A DNA stretch of 63,011 nucleotides, counting the filler, from Neolecta irregularis DAH-3 (Eukaryota): the NCBI GenBank assembly GCA_001929475.1. It is 15 parts of 15 records of this genome, joined end to end, with 100 filler letters (N's around TTAATTAATTAA, not from the genome) between each part and the next. Parts side by side here need not be neighbours in the genome. Positions count along the whole stretch, not along the records: positions 10,907 to 20,809 come from LXFE01000382.1; positions 20,910 to 26,060 come from LXFE01000383.1; 13 more parts are not named here. One strand, written 5' to 3'. Below the pieces are notes generated by a model. That model searched no databases and was not told the DNA's origin. It saw only the letters and a program-made list of their open reading frames with translations. The translations under genes and the position numbers were made by a program. This document shows, one piece after another, positions 12,678 through 25,460 of the stretch (within the stretch, counting starts at the first letter, position 1; every line of letters starts with the position of its first letter).

Positions 12678-15500
12678 ATGAAGTCTCTAAACTGTGTGAA
12701 TTAGATTTTGGACATGCCCAGTTGATTGGTAGCTCTAATCAAAGGGTTCCGCGCGTGTAAAGACGGTGGGAATACAGAATATATTGTCTCTGCCATCGCG
12801 CAATGTCGAAATGAAGTTAAATCGCAGGATCCAGATATTAAAGCCACGGCGATTCTCAAACTTGTTTGGGTACGAATATCTGTAGCTCAAACTCAGAAGA
12901 TAGTTGGAAATGATGGGATACGATTTATCATGGGCTAGCTTTCATATCGTCGAAGTCATGTCCAGTCCAAAATACCTTCAAAAACGAATCGGGTATTTAG
13001 CTGCGGTTCAGAGTTTCAACAAGGATACGGACGTTTTAATGTTGACTACAAATCTCATTAAAAAGGTACTGGTTTACTTTTTGTCAATTGATTTACAAAA
13101 GGATCTGAATTCTTCGAATCCCCTTGAAATTAGTATTGCCATCAACGGTCTATCACATATCGTCACACCTTCTCTCGCCCGAGATTTAAACCACGATTTA
13201 CTCTCCATGCTCTCACATTCCCGACCATTTGTGCGTAAAAAGGCGGTTCTGGTGCTTTACAAAATATTCTTACAATACCCTGAAGCCCTGAGAATTGCGT
13301 TTCCCAGATTGCAGGAAAAGCTGGATGACCCGGATCCTTGTAAATCCTCCTGCTATCAAGCATTGATAGAAAAGCGGTTGTTGGAGCTACTGTAAATGTT
13401 GTTTGCGAACTGGCGAGGAAAGCTCCCAAGAATTATCTCGTTCTTGCGCCTCAATTGTTCAATCTCTTGACTACAAGTCAAAACAACTGGATGCTCATCA
13501 AAATTATAAAATTGGTATCCTCAATGTCAATTGAAACTAATTCATCAGTTTACTGCGCTGACACCCCTTGAACCTCGATTAGTCAAGAAACTCGTTCCTC
13601 AACTGACCCATATACTTCAAACCTCCTCTGCAATGTCACTTTTATATGAAGCTATCAACACCGTTGTTTCTGGTGGGATGCTGTCTGGACCAAATGGAGA
13701 TGCTCTCGCTACAATGTGTGTCTCCAAACTCTGTTCATTCTTTGAAGAACCAGATCAAAATTGTATGCCCTACTCATTCTTTGTTACTCACTCTAGTACA
13801 CTATGTAGGTCTACTTGCTCTAGCGAGAATCGCTCCAACGCATAACTACCTCTTGGCAGATATGGATGGTGTTATCCTCGACTGTATTGATGACAGTGAC
13901 ATGTCGATTCGATTGCGAGCCTTGGACCTGGTTCATCTCATCGCTGATAAACGCACTCTTCCAGATATCGTTAAACGCTTAATACGACAGCTTTTGCCCT
14001 CCTCGACACTTGACATTTCGCCGTTTTACCGCGTAGATGTAGTTCACCGTATCCTGGAATTAGGAAAAAAGGACTCTTTTGGAAATATCAGTAATTTCGA
14101 GTGGTTTGTTGCTACACTGGTTGATTTGACCAAGATTTCAAACTGCGAGGAGGAAATTGCCCAGGAAATCATCAATGTGGCCATTCGAGTTCGTAGTGTT
14201 CGGCCTTTTGTCGTTGCACAAATGGAGCGATTAATTTCTGAGGGCGTCGAAGGGAATGTGTGTTTTGCCGTCGGTTGGATTGTAGGTGAATATTGCAGGT
14301 ATCATTTTCGCTGGCATACATTACCTCATTCTCAGTTTCTTGCGAGATCCTGTGACGACAATCCATTACCTTTCTTCACCTCCTACAGGACACATTTCAA
14401 CGGATATTCAGGCTATCTATGTTCATGCGTTAGCAAAAGTTTATACACATTACGTTCGATCATCTCAAGAATGGACAGTATCGCGAAAATCGTCCCTTCA
14501 AATCCTCACCGAAAAGATTATTTCATCTTTGTCCCAATTCACAACGTCATCTGATCTCGAACTTCAAGAGCGAGCTGTTCAGTTTTCCTCCATTTTTAAC
14601 CTCGCTTTAGAATTTCTTTCTTCTGCTCCAGTAGGCGAGATCCTTCACGACAACGGATTCGAAGATGGGAAGCCTCCTCGTTTTATCACCGAAACAATGA
14701 CAGAGTTATTTGGATTGTATGAGCTCGCGCCAGTTGGACCAAGTGCTCAAGCTCGGGTTCCATTACCTCAGGTTGACCTGAATGAATGGATCGTTCGTCC
14801 TTCAAGTCCAGATCCAGTTTTTGTGGAGCAAGATGAAGAGAATGATCTCATTGCTACCAAGGTTCCGAGGGATAATCCACAAGATAAGGAACGAAAGGAG
14901 GCCGAACGACGAGAGCGAATAAGAGATGATCCATTTTACATTGATAGTTTGAATCCCACCATTGGGACTCCTGCTGAGATTGATGTCGATTCCATACCGA
15001 TTATGGAATTAGATTTGGGGACCCCCAAAGGTTTATTTCAGTCAACATTTCACTGACAAAAAGTCATTGTGAAATCAAAGAAGAAAAAGTCTCGAAGGAG
15101 GGATATTTCACCTCCTCGTGTACCAGTTGAGATTATTCAGGAAGAAATGCCTGAAGGAGCCGATTACAGTTCAATTTCCAAATCTGCACCGAAACCCACA
15201 GAGACAAAGAAGAGCTTGTTGCACGTTGACGCTAGCAAATTGCTAGATGTGGACTTTGAACGGGATGAGGAAAATGAACGGCTGAGAGAAGAGGAAGAGC
15301 GGGCTTCCTTGAAGGCTAAGAAATTGGCCAAAATGGAGGGCAAACCTGAGATGGAGGGCAAGAGCGAGACGGAGGGTTTTCTCCATAAGAAAAAGGCAAG
15401 CTTGATCTTGAAAATGCTAACATCGTAGAAACAAAAGGCTGAAAAGGGAGGAGAGGGAAAGAAGAAAAATACAAGGCGGAAAGATGCAGTTATTGAATAA
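12678..15500 (+). CDS. APL5: AP-3 adaptor complex subunit delta
   Basis: MGYDLSWASFHIVEVMSS..QKRIGYLAA, EPRLVKKL, DDSDMSIRLRALDL, DLELQERA, RIRDDPFYI; about 8 short introns. Confidence 0.93.
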
Positions 15501-16068
15501 CCTAGTTATATTGATAATTTCGGCGTTATTGGATAGTCTGGTACTGACACAAGTTTGGAAGAATATGGCCCAGTCTCCAAAATGCCCATTTTGCTCTCTA
15601 TTCCCCCAAAACTAAATTCGTCAAGAAACTTTTCGAGGTATTCTCATAAAATTTGATCATTCCTTTGCCATTTTATAAATATAATGCAAAGATATGAAAA
15701 GAAGCTATTTCCAAGTGTTTCTCGCATTCCAAAGATGTCAGGCTTCAAGAAGTAGCCCCGACAGTACGCCATCTCCAACACACATTTTGAGAATGATGCT
15801 GAGAGTGGATAGGTTGCCTTGTAACCCTGCTTCACTGGCCTCCTCAGCATAGTTGAGTATGCTCCCATAGTACTGGAAAAAGCGAGGGCGAGGAGGTCTT
15901 GAGTTCGACTCTCAAAGGAGGCAAACAATGGACAGTGGCGTCATTCAGGAGGCAAAGCCACTGCTTAATTTTATCATACTGCCTCGGCATCCTCCAGAGG
16001 AGACATGTGACCAACGTAGTCACGATAAAACCTCAACCAAGATCGCTCCTCTTCACCTTTGGCAAAAC

Positions 16069-18011
16069 ATGTCAAAGAACACTACCTATTCCACTGAAGA
16101 TGTTGCGAAACACACCAAGGAAACAGATATTTGGATCGTGATCGACGATGGTGTCTATAATATGACTTCTTTGTAAGTATCATACGCGTATTATCCTGTG
16201 CTCAAGGCAGTCTCGAGGATCACCCAGGCGGCAAGAAAATTCTCCTACGAGTTGCCGGTAAAGACGCGTCAAAGCAGTTCTGGAAGGTGTGCCGATGCAG
16301 CCTTTTGAAAGTCTTACTCAACAGTACCACAACAAATCGGTCTTGACAAAGTATCAACCGAAACTTCAAATTGGTACAATTAGCAGTATGGCAGGTACCA
16401 GCGAGAAGAACGATGAGCAATTGAATCACTCGAATGTCCCCCAACCCGCTCAACCTTCCAGTCGTACTGAGCCTGCGGCAAGTACTTCTGTTGATAGGCC
16501 TGTTGCGAGCAATTCTTCTCAGGCTGATTATTTTGGAGAAATGTTACCATTCTGCGATCCCGCATGGTATCAAGGGTTTCCCTCGTATTGTTTCTACAGC
16601 CAACCTGGATTTGACATATAGCCAATACTACAATTCCTCTCATCGTCGTCTGAGAGAGGCTGTCCGGAAATGGGTAACTGAAGATCTCGAACCCAATGCC
16701 CATGAATGGGATGAAGCGAAAAAGGTGCCAGATTCAGCCTTCCAACAGATGGGCCAAAGAGGATATCTTGCTGGTGTTCTGGGAATGTCATATCCTCAAG
16801 ATTACACGGACATTCGGATTGAAGGTGTTTCGCTAAAAGAATTCGATCATTTCCATGAATTTATCATAACCGATGAGCTTTCACGATGTGGTAGTGGTGG
16901 TCTTGTATGTTTTTATATTTCGCGGGGTCTTACCTATATATAGGTATGGGCTTTGATTGGCGGCTACGCCATTGGTCTCCCGCCGTTGTTGAAATTCGGC
17001 AAGCCGGAGCTTCTAAAGCGTGTTGCCGGAGGGCTTCTCAGGGGGGATAAGCGGATATGTCTTTGTATCACTGAACCAGATGCTGGTAGTGATGTTGCAA
17101 ACCTGACTACAACTGCCAAATTGACAGACGACGGTAAACACTACATTGTAAATGGCGAGAAGAAATGGATCACCAATGGCATTTCGGCTGATTATTTCGT
17201 ATGTCTTCATGATTGATGGGTGATGGATGGCTGATTCTTTCAAAGACTGTTGCCGTCCGAACTGGTGGACCTGGAATGAAGGGGATATCGTTGTTGCTTC
17301 TTGAAAGGGAAATGGGTGGCATCAGTACTAGAGAAATGCTGTGTTCTGGTGTTTGGGCATCTGGAACTTCGTATGTCATCTTTGAAGACGTGAAGGTCCC
17401 AGTAGAGAATCTCCTCGGTGAAGAGAATCAAGGCTTTAAGTGTATCATGACTAGTGAGACTGTTTCTTTAAATCTTTGCTCATTAATGCAGACTTCAATC
17501 ATGAACGAATGGGAATTTGTATTCAAGCTAATCGATTCTCCCGAGTCTGCTTCGAGGAATCACTTAAATACGCTCATAAACGCAAAACCTTCGGGAAGAA
17601 CCTGATTGAACATCCTGTCATTCGAAATAAATTGGCACATATGGCTCGTCAGGTATTTCTCAACATGCTTCTCGCGCTAAGTCTACTCAGATTGAAGCAA
17701 CACACGCTTGGATTGAATCTACCATCTACCAATGCATTTCAATGGACGATAATGAGGCGATGATTCGTCTAGGAGGCACTATCGCCAGTCTCAAAGCTCA
17801 GGCGACTCAAACATTTGCATTTTGTGCTAGCGAAGCAGCCCAAATTTTTGGCGGATTAGCTTATACAAGAGGTGGACAAGGGGAGAAGGTCGAACGGTTA
17901 TATAGAGACGTTAAAGCTTATGCCATTCCCGGTGGTTCGGAAGAAATCATGCTCGATTTAAGCATTAGACAAAGCCTGAGAGTCGCACAAGCTCTCGGTG
18001 CTAAACTTTAG
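16069..18011 (+). CDS. Cytochrome b5 - acyl-CoA dehydrogenase fusion protein
   Basis: b5 haem motif DHPGG...[14 protein letters not shown] motifs [41 protein letters not shown]. Confidence 0.92.
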
Positions 18012-18131
18012 AGGATTGTGGTTAGAATAGTCTTCAGTGTTTGAAATTGTAATGATTCAATTACGCACAAACTTAATATTTGACCTTATTGAAGTGCATT
18101 ACTGTTTGTTCTGTGAGGTGAATTTTGGGAT

Positions 18132-18250
18132 CAGTGTGGCCAACTACTCGACCGACCTCGTGGGGGGTGGGTAAGCACGTGCCGGTGGGTGGATTACTAA
18201 TCCACTAGGTGGCCCACCGGGTGCCACCCATCGAGTGGTTGGTCACACTA
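18132..18250. mobile_element. hAT-type MITE (119 bp) with 20-bp imperfect TIRs and 8-bp TSD
   Basis: Ends CAGTGTGGCCAACTACTCGA ... TCGAGTGGTTGGTCACACTA (17/20 inverted match), flanked by TTTGGGAT at 18124-18131 and 18251-18258. Confidence 0.9.
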
Positions 18251-18379
18251 TTTGGGATAACCACGCAGTATAAATTCAAAACGCTCTCTGTTCAAACTTA
18301 GCCGATAGCCAACCACTTTGATCAGCACATCTCATCCTCACAGCTCTGAGCAACAGAAATCTCTGTAATCAATAAAATA

Positions 18380-20040
18380 ATGACTGAACATCAAACTGCA
18401 CAAGTCCAACAGCAACAATACTTCAGCTATCCTTATCCTTTTGGATTTCAATCGGTGTTTGCTCAGCCAAACATTCCGCAAGCATATCAAGCAAGTGCAA
18501 CTACTTCTCATGCAAACCCAACTGTATATGTTGCAATATCTCCTCCTAGAGTTATGTCTCCCTTGAGACTAACTAGTCCTCCTCCCATTGTAATGTCACC
18601 ACCGCCAATGGCATACTCTCCTCCAGTAAATATCCCTCCTAAATTCATTTACCAAACTCCTTCTGCTCAACAAACTTATCAACAAGCTTCCTATGGTCCT
18701 GGAAAGCCAACTGGCTATATAAATGGACATCCAACCTACGGAAATGGAGTTTATACATATAATCAACCTACAGTTTACCAACACTCTCAAGCAACAAATG
18801 CATACACCCAAGGAAATACCAATCCTACTACTAGTCTTAATGTTACCGCTCCTCAATTCGTTTACAATTGTCAGCAACCCTCACTAGCTCAATCTCAAAT
18901 TAATTCTTCTCAACCAACCCAAATTCACCCGTTTTCTTCAAACAATACTTTAGACATATCAACTACAGCACCAAGTATTTATACTCCAGCTTCAGCTGAT
19001 ATACCTGTTTATACTTCAGATGGCTATACTCCTCATCCAACAGTAACTAGATCCACAGCTCCTACATCTGTATCTGAAGATATTAGAGGTCCTCCTCAAA
19101 AACCCAGGCAAACTGGATATGCTCTCTGGGTTGGCAATCTTGCGCAAGATATAAGCCTTATTGAGTTAAAAGACCATTTTGCAGATGTTGAAGGTTTGAC
19201 TAGCGTATTTCTTTTGAGAGCAAGTAATTGTGCTTTTGTTAACTACGAGGATGAGTATAGTGCCCAGAGAGCTGTCACAAGGTTTAACGATCAAGGTAAA
19301 ATCTTCCGAACTACTTGAATGTTTTTACTGATATCTTAGTTTTCGCAACTACGAGACTGGTATGCAGACTTAGAAGATCCCAGAAACCACAAGAAAAACC
19401 AATGATATCTACACCAGAACAGATTGCTCTCAAGATAAGGTTCTTTATTCTTAAAAGCCTTAGTAAAGAAGACCTTCTTGTAAGTGTTAGAACTAGAAAG
19501 TGGAGTACTCAACCACATAACCAACAACTCCTTAATGAAGCGTTTGAGGCATAGTAGGTTCTTGCTATTTCAGCTTACTTGCAGAAATCAGAAAGAGTTT
19601 ATCTTATCTTTGGAGAAAATAAATCTGGAGAATTTTTTGGATTTGCTAGAATGACTAGCAGAATAACTATATCTATTTCAACATCGCCAGCTTCTTCAAG
19701 TTCTGAAACAATTATGGTCAGTCCTTTTCCAACCACTCAAGTGCAGATTACTGAAGATACTGGAAAGGCCAGGAAAGGCAGAATCATTTTTGATCCTAGT
19801 AGAGGAACTGAATTCTGGGAGGTCATTGAAAAAGAATCACAGAAAGCCGGGTGGTTCAATATTGAATGGCTTAGTACTAATCCTCTTCCATTTTCAATGA
19901 TCAGAGGTATCAGGAATCCTTGGAACATGAACCGAGAAGTGAAGATCTGCAGAGATGGAACTGAAGTTGAGCCAAGCGTTGGAATCACGCTATTGGAAGA
20001 ATTCGAAAAGAGGGGAGGGAGTAACGGGATGTGGATGTGA
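18380..20040 (+). CDS. RRM + YTH domain RNA-binding protein with Q/P/Y/T-rich N-terminus
   Basis: RRM (ALWVGNL, NCAFVNY); YTH (RFFILKSL, KWSTQPHN, NKSGEFFGFARM, RNPWNMNREVKICRDGTEV); two introns. Confidence 0.92.
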
Positions 20041-20935
20041 ATACTCGCGCTTTGTATATTAGTTTGCATTCATAGTGTCTTATCTTCCATCCATATGACT
20101 GTCATAGGTTGTCAATCGTAACTGGATTTTGCTGCCCTGTGAATAGCGCGTGTGAATGAGTCCGCTTGATGTTTGGAGAATTTTACTTTGCCCTTGAATC
20201 TTATTTGTTGAATACGATATAGAGATTCTACATATAATTAATAAAATGAATAGAGGGGTTGTGTTCAAGTTAGAAAAAATATTGATGTGGCTAGCTATTC
20301 GCCCTGGAAAGAAGGGTTGTCGGCTCCTAATATTTCTTCAGACACACTCGACGAACACATTGCGAAAAGTCAATTCGCGTGTTGAAACGCGCAAGTTCTT
20401 TTCAAAACTTGTTCATAGAGCTTGAAATGTTTTCGTTTTTCTTTTAAGGAGTGGAAATAAGAGGAAGGATATTTATGGGTGGGAAAATCCGATATCCTTG
20501 CTTGATCCTTTTCCTGCATTTACAAATATGAATACCCTTTTCCCATGTCCTGCGTATAAGGTACACCAACCTGTATACCCTTACAGAGCCTCAGGATATA
20601 AATATCTCCTCACATCTACTTTTTTCCTCGGAACTCATTATTCCTCGCCTAGATTGTTGTCCATATTCCGCCAAGCTTTGCATTCTCGGTTTGCATTATT
20701 TCGCTATTCAAAAAACCTAGTATATAGCTGCTTATGTTCTACGTGCGACAAGCTTCTCACCTGGCGTCTCGCTTCAACATCATAAACTAATTGACTATTC
20801 TTGCTTCCCNNNNNNNNNNNNNNNNNNNNNNNNNNNNNNNNNNNNNNNNNNNNTTAATTAATTAANNNNNNNNNNNNNNNNNNNNNNNNNNNNNNNNNNN
20901 NNNNNNNNNGTCTTTGTTCACTGCTGAATGGGATG

Positions 20936-22025
20936 TTACTGGTAGGTATCTAGCTTGATGTAATTGAAGTTTCCTATCCTGTGATGATGTCTATAATCTA
21001 CATTGAATATCTTTCGATTAAAAGAACTTAGTAAACCCACAGAAATATTTCCGCTCTGGTCAATGATATTGTTTTCAGAAATACATTTATGAGCGTTGAT
21101 AGGCTTAAAATAATAAATACCCATGCTGCAGATCGCGATATACATGCAGGTATGACTACTTCGAAACATATATATAATGCGTGTATTTCGAAGTAAACGA
21201 CATATATCCACACCCCAGCCCACCCGAAAAGGGGAAAAAATGCGTAGCCGTGGAAAAGAGCAGTGACGAGAAACCCACCCATAAATGCTGCCATTCTGCC
21301 GTATCGTGCAAGAGGATAGCACCCAATAGAAATTACCGACGACCGGTATATTTGGTGCCATGATGTATTCCAATAATCTGCAACCGTCGTAGAGATCCAG
21401 AAACTCGAGAAAAGGGGAGGACTCTTTGGAAACAACATGTAGCGTACACTTTCCATTGAAATAACTGCACATGGAATGCAGGCCATGGATCTGCGGTATA
21501 CCCACAATGGACCGGGTAATCCTCCTAGTGCTAGGAATACTAAGAGCTCGTACCAGGGCGTCGATTCTCGCGGTTTCGTATGAACAGCAATGTCAAAACT
21601 CGGGTATCGAAATTCTGTCAACAGACAAGTCGCATATCGATGCCGGTCACGCAAAGTCCGCATCTCATTATCTCGCATCTTAGGAGGAGGTCGCAGGAGC
21701 ACTATATCTGCCCCCTTCATAGCCATTGCAGCATATCCAAATCGTATTAACGTAGCTAGCATTGGTTCATCAGGGATTGGAGAACATAAGAATCCCACAA
21801 TCGAAATTATCGCGAGACAACTACAAAATCTTTTTCTCGGTGTAGCCAGGAGAAAAAACGATAGGTAAAGGGGTATACAGGATACCCATGGGATGGATGC
21901 AAGAAGGAAGGTAAGTATTGGATGACTTTGAAGGTACTCTAAATCAAGAACAGTAGGTTCAGAATATCAGTTTGAGGTTTCGTTTCCAGTGTATTACCTA
22001 TCACCCGAGCAAAAACTTGCAACAT
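20936..22025 (-). CDS. MBOAT_2 (wax synthase/Tri7-like) membrane O-acyltransferase; termini uncertain
   Basis: PPLFSSFW.STTVADYWNTSWHQIYR and GFLVTALFH motifs; multiple TMs. Confidence 0.75.
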
Positions 22026-22384
22026 CTTGGAAAATGCAGCCGTAGAAATCACCTGAATTCAAGGTCGAAAATAGTAGGTCCCCATGAGCTCTTTCTTATT
22101 CGCTAGACTACGGACGCTAGTCTCTTTTTGACATGATGTTTTCCTTTTGTCGAATTAAATACAGATCTTTCACATGCAGGCTGTAGTTGTAGGGTTTTCG
22201 AGAGATCATCTTGTTTGGATAAAATCAAAAACAAACCTTACATTCTTGGCTTGGACGGATGGAGGGTCTTTGTAGCCTTATAAACAGGCATTACTAGCTA
22301 GAGGATGACACTAAAGCCATATCATTAAGGAATTAGACAAAACAACAAAGAAAGTAAAGAGAAAAACTTTTATGCAAACAACAT

Positions 22385-22617
22385 TGTAAGCATATAGCCT
22401 CGGGTAGAGCTTACCATTACGGAAGGAAGGCTTGCAATAATATTGCAGCATTTTAAATTGTATTATATAAAGTAGATGGGTGTCCATTACCTAGCTAACT
22501 TCAGTCACTTAGGTATATCTGTGCGAAGTTCAGTCACTTAGGCTAGGTATGTCTGTGCGAAGTTCAGTCACTTAGGCTAGAATAAAACCTGGTCTTATTC
22601 GAACTCGAGCTTCAACG
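22385..22617 (+). mobile_element. Solo-LTR-like repeat with internal AGTTCAGTCACTTAGG repeats
   Basis: Starts TGTAAG; contains TATA and AATAAA; clearly homologous to the inverted copy at 50759-50962. Confidence 0.75.
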
Positions 22618-23072
22618 CATACAAACATCCTCCAGACTGTTCCAGACCACAATTCTGACCATTACACAACCGGAGGACCAGTAAAAATAGCATAACCTCC
22701 CCCTTCACACGGTGAGCTAGTCTACGGAGGCCAGACTATGGAAGGAATGTATGGAGCTTTCCGAACAAATGGATTGGGTCTGAGCGCGCGAAAGGGACAA
22801 CTTACAGGCCAATTTTGTTCCATTCAACTGAAAGACGAAAGAGGAGGGACTTCTCTTATTAATTATATTAACAGATTCCTCTGATTGAGAATTATAAGGC
22901 TCTGTAAATCGATTTCTCGGATTCCTCTAACCGGTGTCGCAGAATTTAAAACGGATCCCGGTTCTTGCAGTCTCAGTAGCCAAGATGATTTAGATCTGGT
23001 CAACGCCCTCCATATGTATATCGATATCGATAGAATAAACGTGGTTTCTGTTATTCCGTGATATAGGAACAA

Positions 23073-23356
23073 TGTGAGAGCCATATATTCTTCTGAGTAG
23101 AGCTCAGTACGGAGGATACAGATTAGATATGAATCTATCCGTGGGATATCTCTTTGCCCCTGCCGTATCCTTCAATCACGAGAAGTCAGATCCAGACGCT
23201 ATTGATACAAATAGTTTGCATACGTGTAGAACAATTGAGTTCCCACAATCTAGCTAAAATTCTCATACCTTAAGATAGTATGTCCCTTGCAAGATTTTCG
23301 TATCTTAAGCTAGAAATAAATCCTAGTCTCATTCGTATCAAAGTCTCATACTTACA
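23073..23356 (+). mobile_element. Diverged solo-LTR-like repeat, same family
   Basis: TG...CA termini; start resembles 22385 (GTAGAGCT..TACGGA.G); end block CTTAAGCTAGAAATAAATCCTAGTCTCATTCG...CTTACA. Confidence 0.55.
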
Positions 23357-23509
23357 CCAGTTGCTTTTTTCCTGATATCACCCAGAGAACAAACGTTCTG
23401 ATATAATTACTTTAAATAACATGTGGGAGTATGGAATTCAAAAGGTATTTCCATCACACCGTTATTTTTTGAAAGTCGAACCAGGAAAAACAATCGATTT
23501 TTCGATTTC

Positions 23510-25460
23510 AAATATTTATATCACTCCAGTCCGGAAACAACTCTGCCCCCTTCCTTCACAACAATCCTTGGCATCCTCATTCTTTGGCCGAATTCCAGGG
23601 TATTCCACTCTGCTCCGAGGGGAATTCCCATAGCTCGGTGATATTGTTCCCGAGTTTCATATGGGTATGGTATTGATGGAGTTGTGTATTTCGTATTCTC
23701 ATATCAGCCATCAGTAAGGATAAGAAAACTACCTTTGCTACGCGTTTCTCATTTATAATTACATTCTTCAACTTTCTATCTTTCCGTTTCGATTTATTAA
23801 TCCCTGGAATAACTTTCACGATTTTCCGTTTCTTCATATTTTTGATTCCTTTTCCTGTCCATAAGCCCTACTATGTTAGCGCTGATGTTACTACGGCTAG
23901 AATTAATTACCCATCCTGCCAAAGTCTCGTCAATCTCCTGATCACCCTCTTCACCTTGGACGGCTTTTTTCTCAGAATCAAAATCTCGCACAACATCGTC
24001 TCCTGCAAACGCTCGTTTTACCAAATCTCGCTGTTGAATAGATAGATCTTTGGAATGTGTTATTTGAAGGTGGTCATCGAGATTTATTTCGACTTCGTCT
24101 TCAGACAAATGTGCGTCGTCTTCTCGTGACTGCGATAGCAATTTCTGGTGTTTGCTTGGAATATTTTTAGAACTAGTCTTTATCGATATTTGATTCTCAT
24201 GTGACAGCCAGGGATTTGGCGAGGTATTTTGTACATTTGATGAATTTTCTAATTGCATAATCCATGGATTGGCGCCTGGAGATAATATCCCTAGCTTTTT
24301 TGACGATAAAGTTTGCTCAATATCAACCATCTGGGAAGTCAGTGTTATACTTGAAAAGGAATGCCTTTGTTGTCTTTAAGTTCATTTCATTAATCCCAGT
24401 CCATTCCTCTTCGTCTGCATCTGCAGTAGTCATTCGTGACTCAGATTCTTCAATGTTTCCGTTTGGTCCAGTGAATTTTCTACGGCCGGGAAGTTGTTCT
24501 TTAACGATTTCGGGTTCAAATCCAGAAATTTCCTCATCATTTTTTCGTTTCCGAAGCATCATCGCAGTTTGGATAAATTTCATCCCCATGATCCCAGATT
24601 TCCATTCTAACCCTTCCACTTCTTGTGGTTCCTCCATGACCCGCTCGATCGCTTCCTCCTCGGTGAAATCATCGCTCTCGTTATCTTCGATGCCACGAAT
24701 CTTCCTCCTCAACTCCTCCCCGCGACGCAGCTGCTCTGAGATCATTTGCTGAACACCCTCATCTTTCCTCCCTTTCATCTTCTTCGCCCATTTGCCAGTA
24801 TTCTTATGCCGTAAAGTCATCCGCTCTTTCGCTCTAATTCTTTCTGCCTCTTCATCATCGACAGCGTCTTCATGTATCCTCTTTCGATGAACTCTCCGAT
24901 AACTCTTGCTCTTGATTTTTGCAATCCGTTTTGCGCGCTTTTCCTCACTAAACATCAAATCTCTTTGTAGTCTGAGCGCATCTTGACGTTTTTTGACTTC
25001 AGAAGGTGGAAGTAGGGAAAGTTGTTGCGTTTCGAAAGCCGATATTGATTTTTCGTCTGTGGCGGAGGGCTGTAACAGATCATTAATTTGATTTTCAAAT
25101 GCGTTCATTGGCTTTAAAATTAGCTATATTATCAAAGCGTTGAACACTTGGAAAGATGCGATTAGGCTTGCTGTTGAGTGGCCTTCGGTAACCTTAGGAT
25201 TTACGGGAAATATTAAATGCTCAGCCTACGATCAAACTCGCAGCCTGATTTATTCAAACCTCCCGATTCTGCTTGACCAAATCATTCCATTTAGATACTT
25301 CTTGGTGTGCTACTTCGGTTGCTGCTTCACGATTCAATTTCGCTTGTTGTATCCTTGGTAACGGCGCAGCAAGGGTTGCGGCCTTTTTAGGCCGCAGAGA
25401 TTTGGAAAATCTTGGATCAGCTGCCTGCAGCAGAGTCGACAGCTCGAGTATTTGTGTCAT
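23510..25460 (-). CDS. UTP14: U3 snoRNP/SSU processome protein Utp14 (termini approximate)
   Basis: KRAKRIAKIKSKSYRRV, ERMTLRHKNTGKWAK, AFAGDDVV.DF..EK, NVIINEKR, PLGAEWNT. Confidence 0.92.

Noticed and set aside
16069-18011. Cytochrome b5 - acyl-CoA dehydrogenase fusion as a novelty
   Set aside because: This architecture is already widespread and known in fungi.
18260-20200. Mmi1-type DSR (TNAAAC) autoregulatory cluster in the YTH gene
   Set aside because: Only isolated hexamers were seen, with no visible enrichment.
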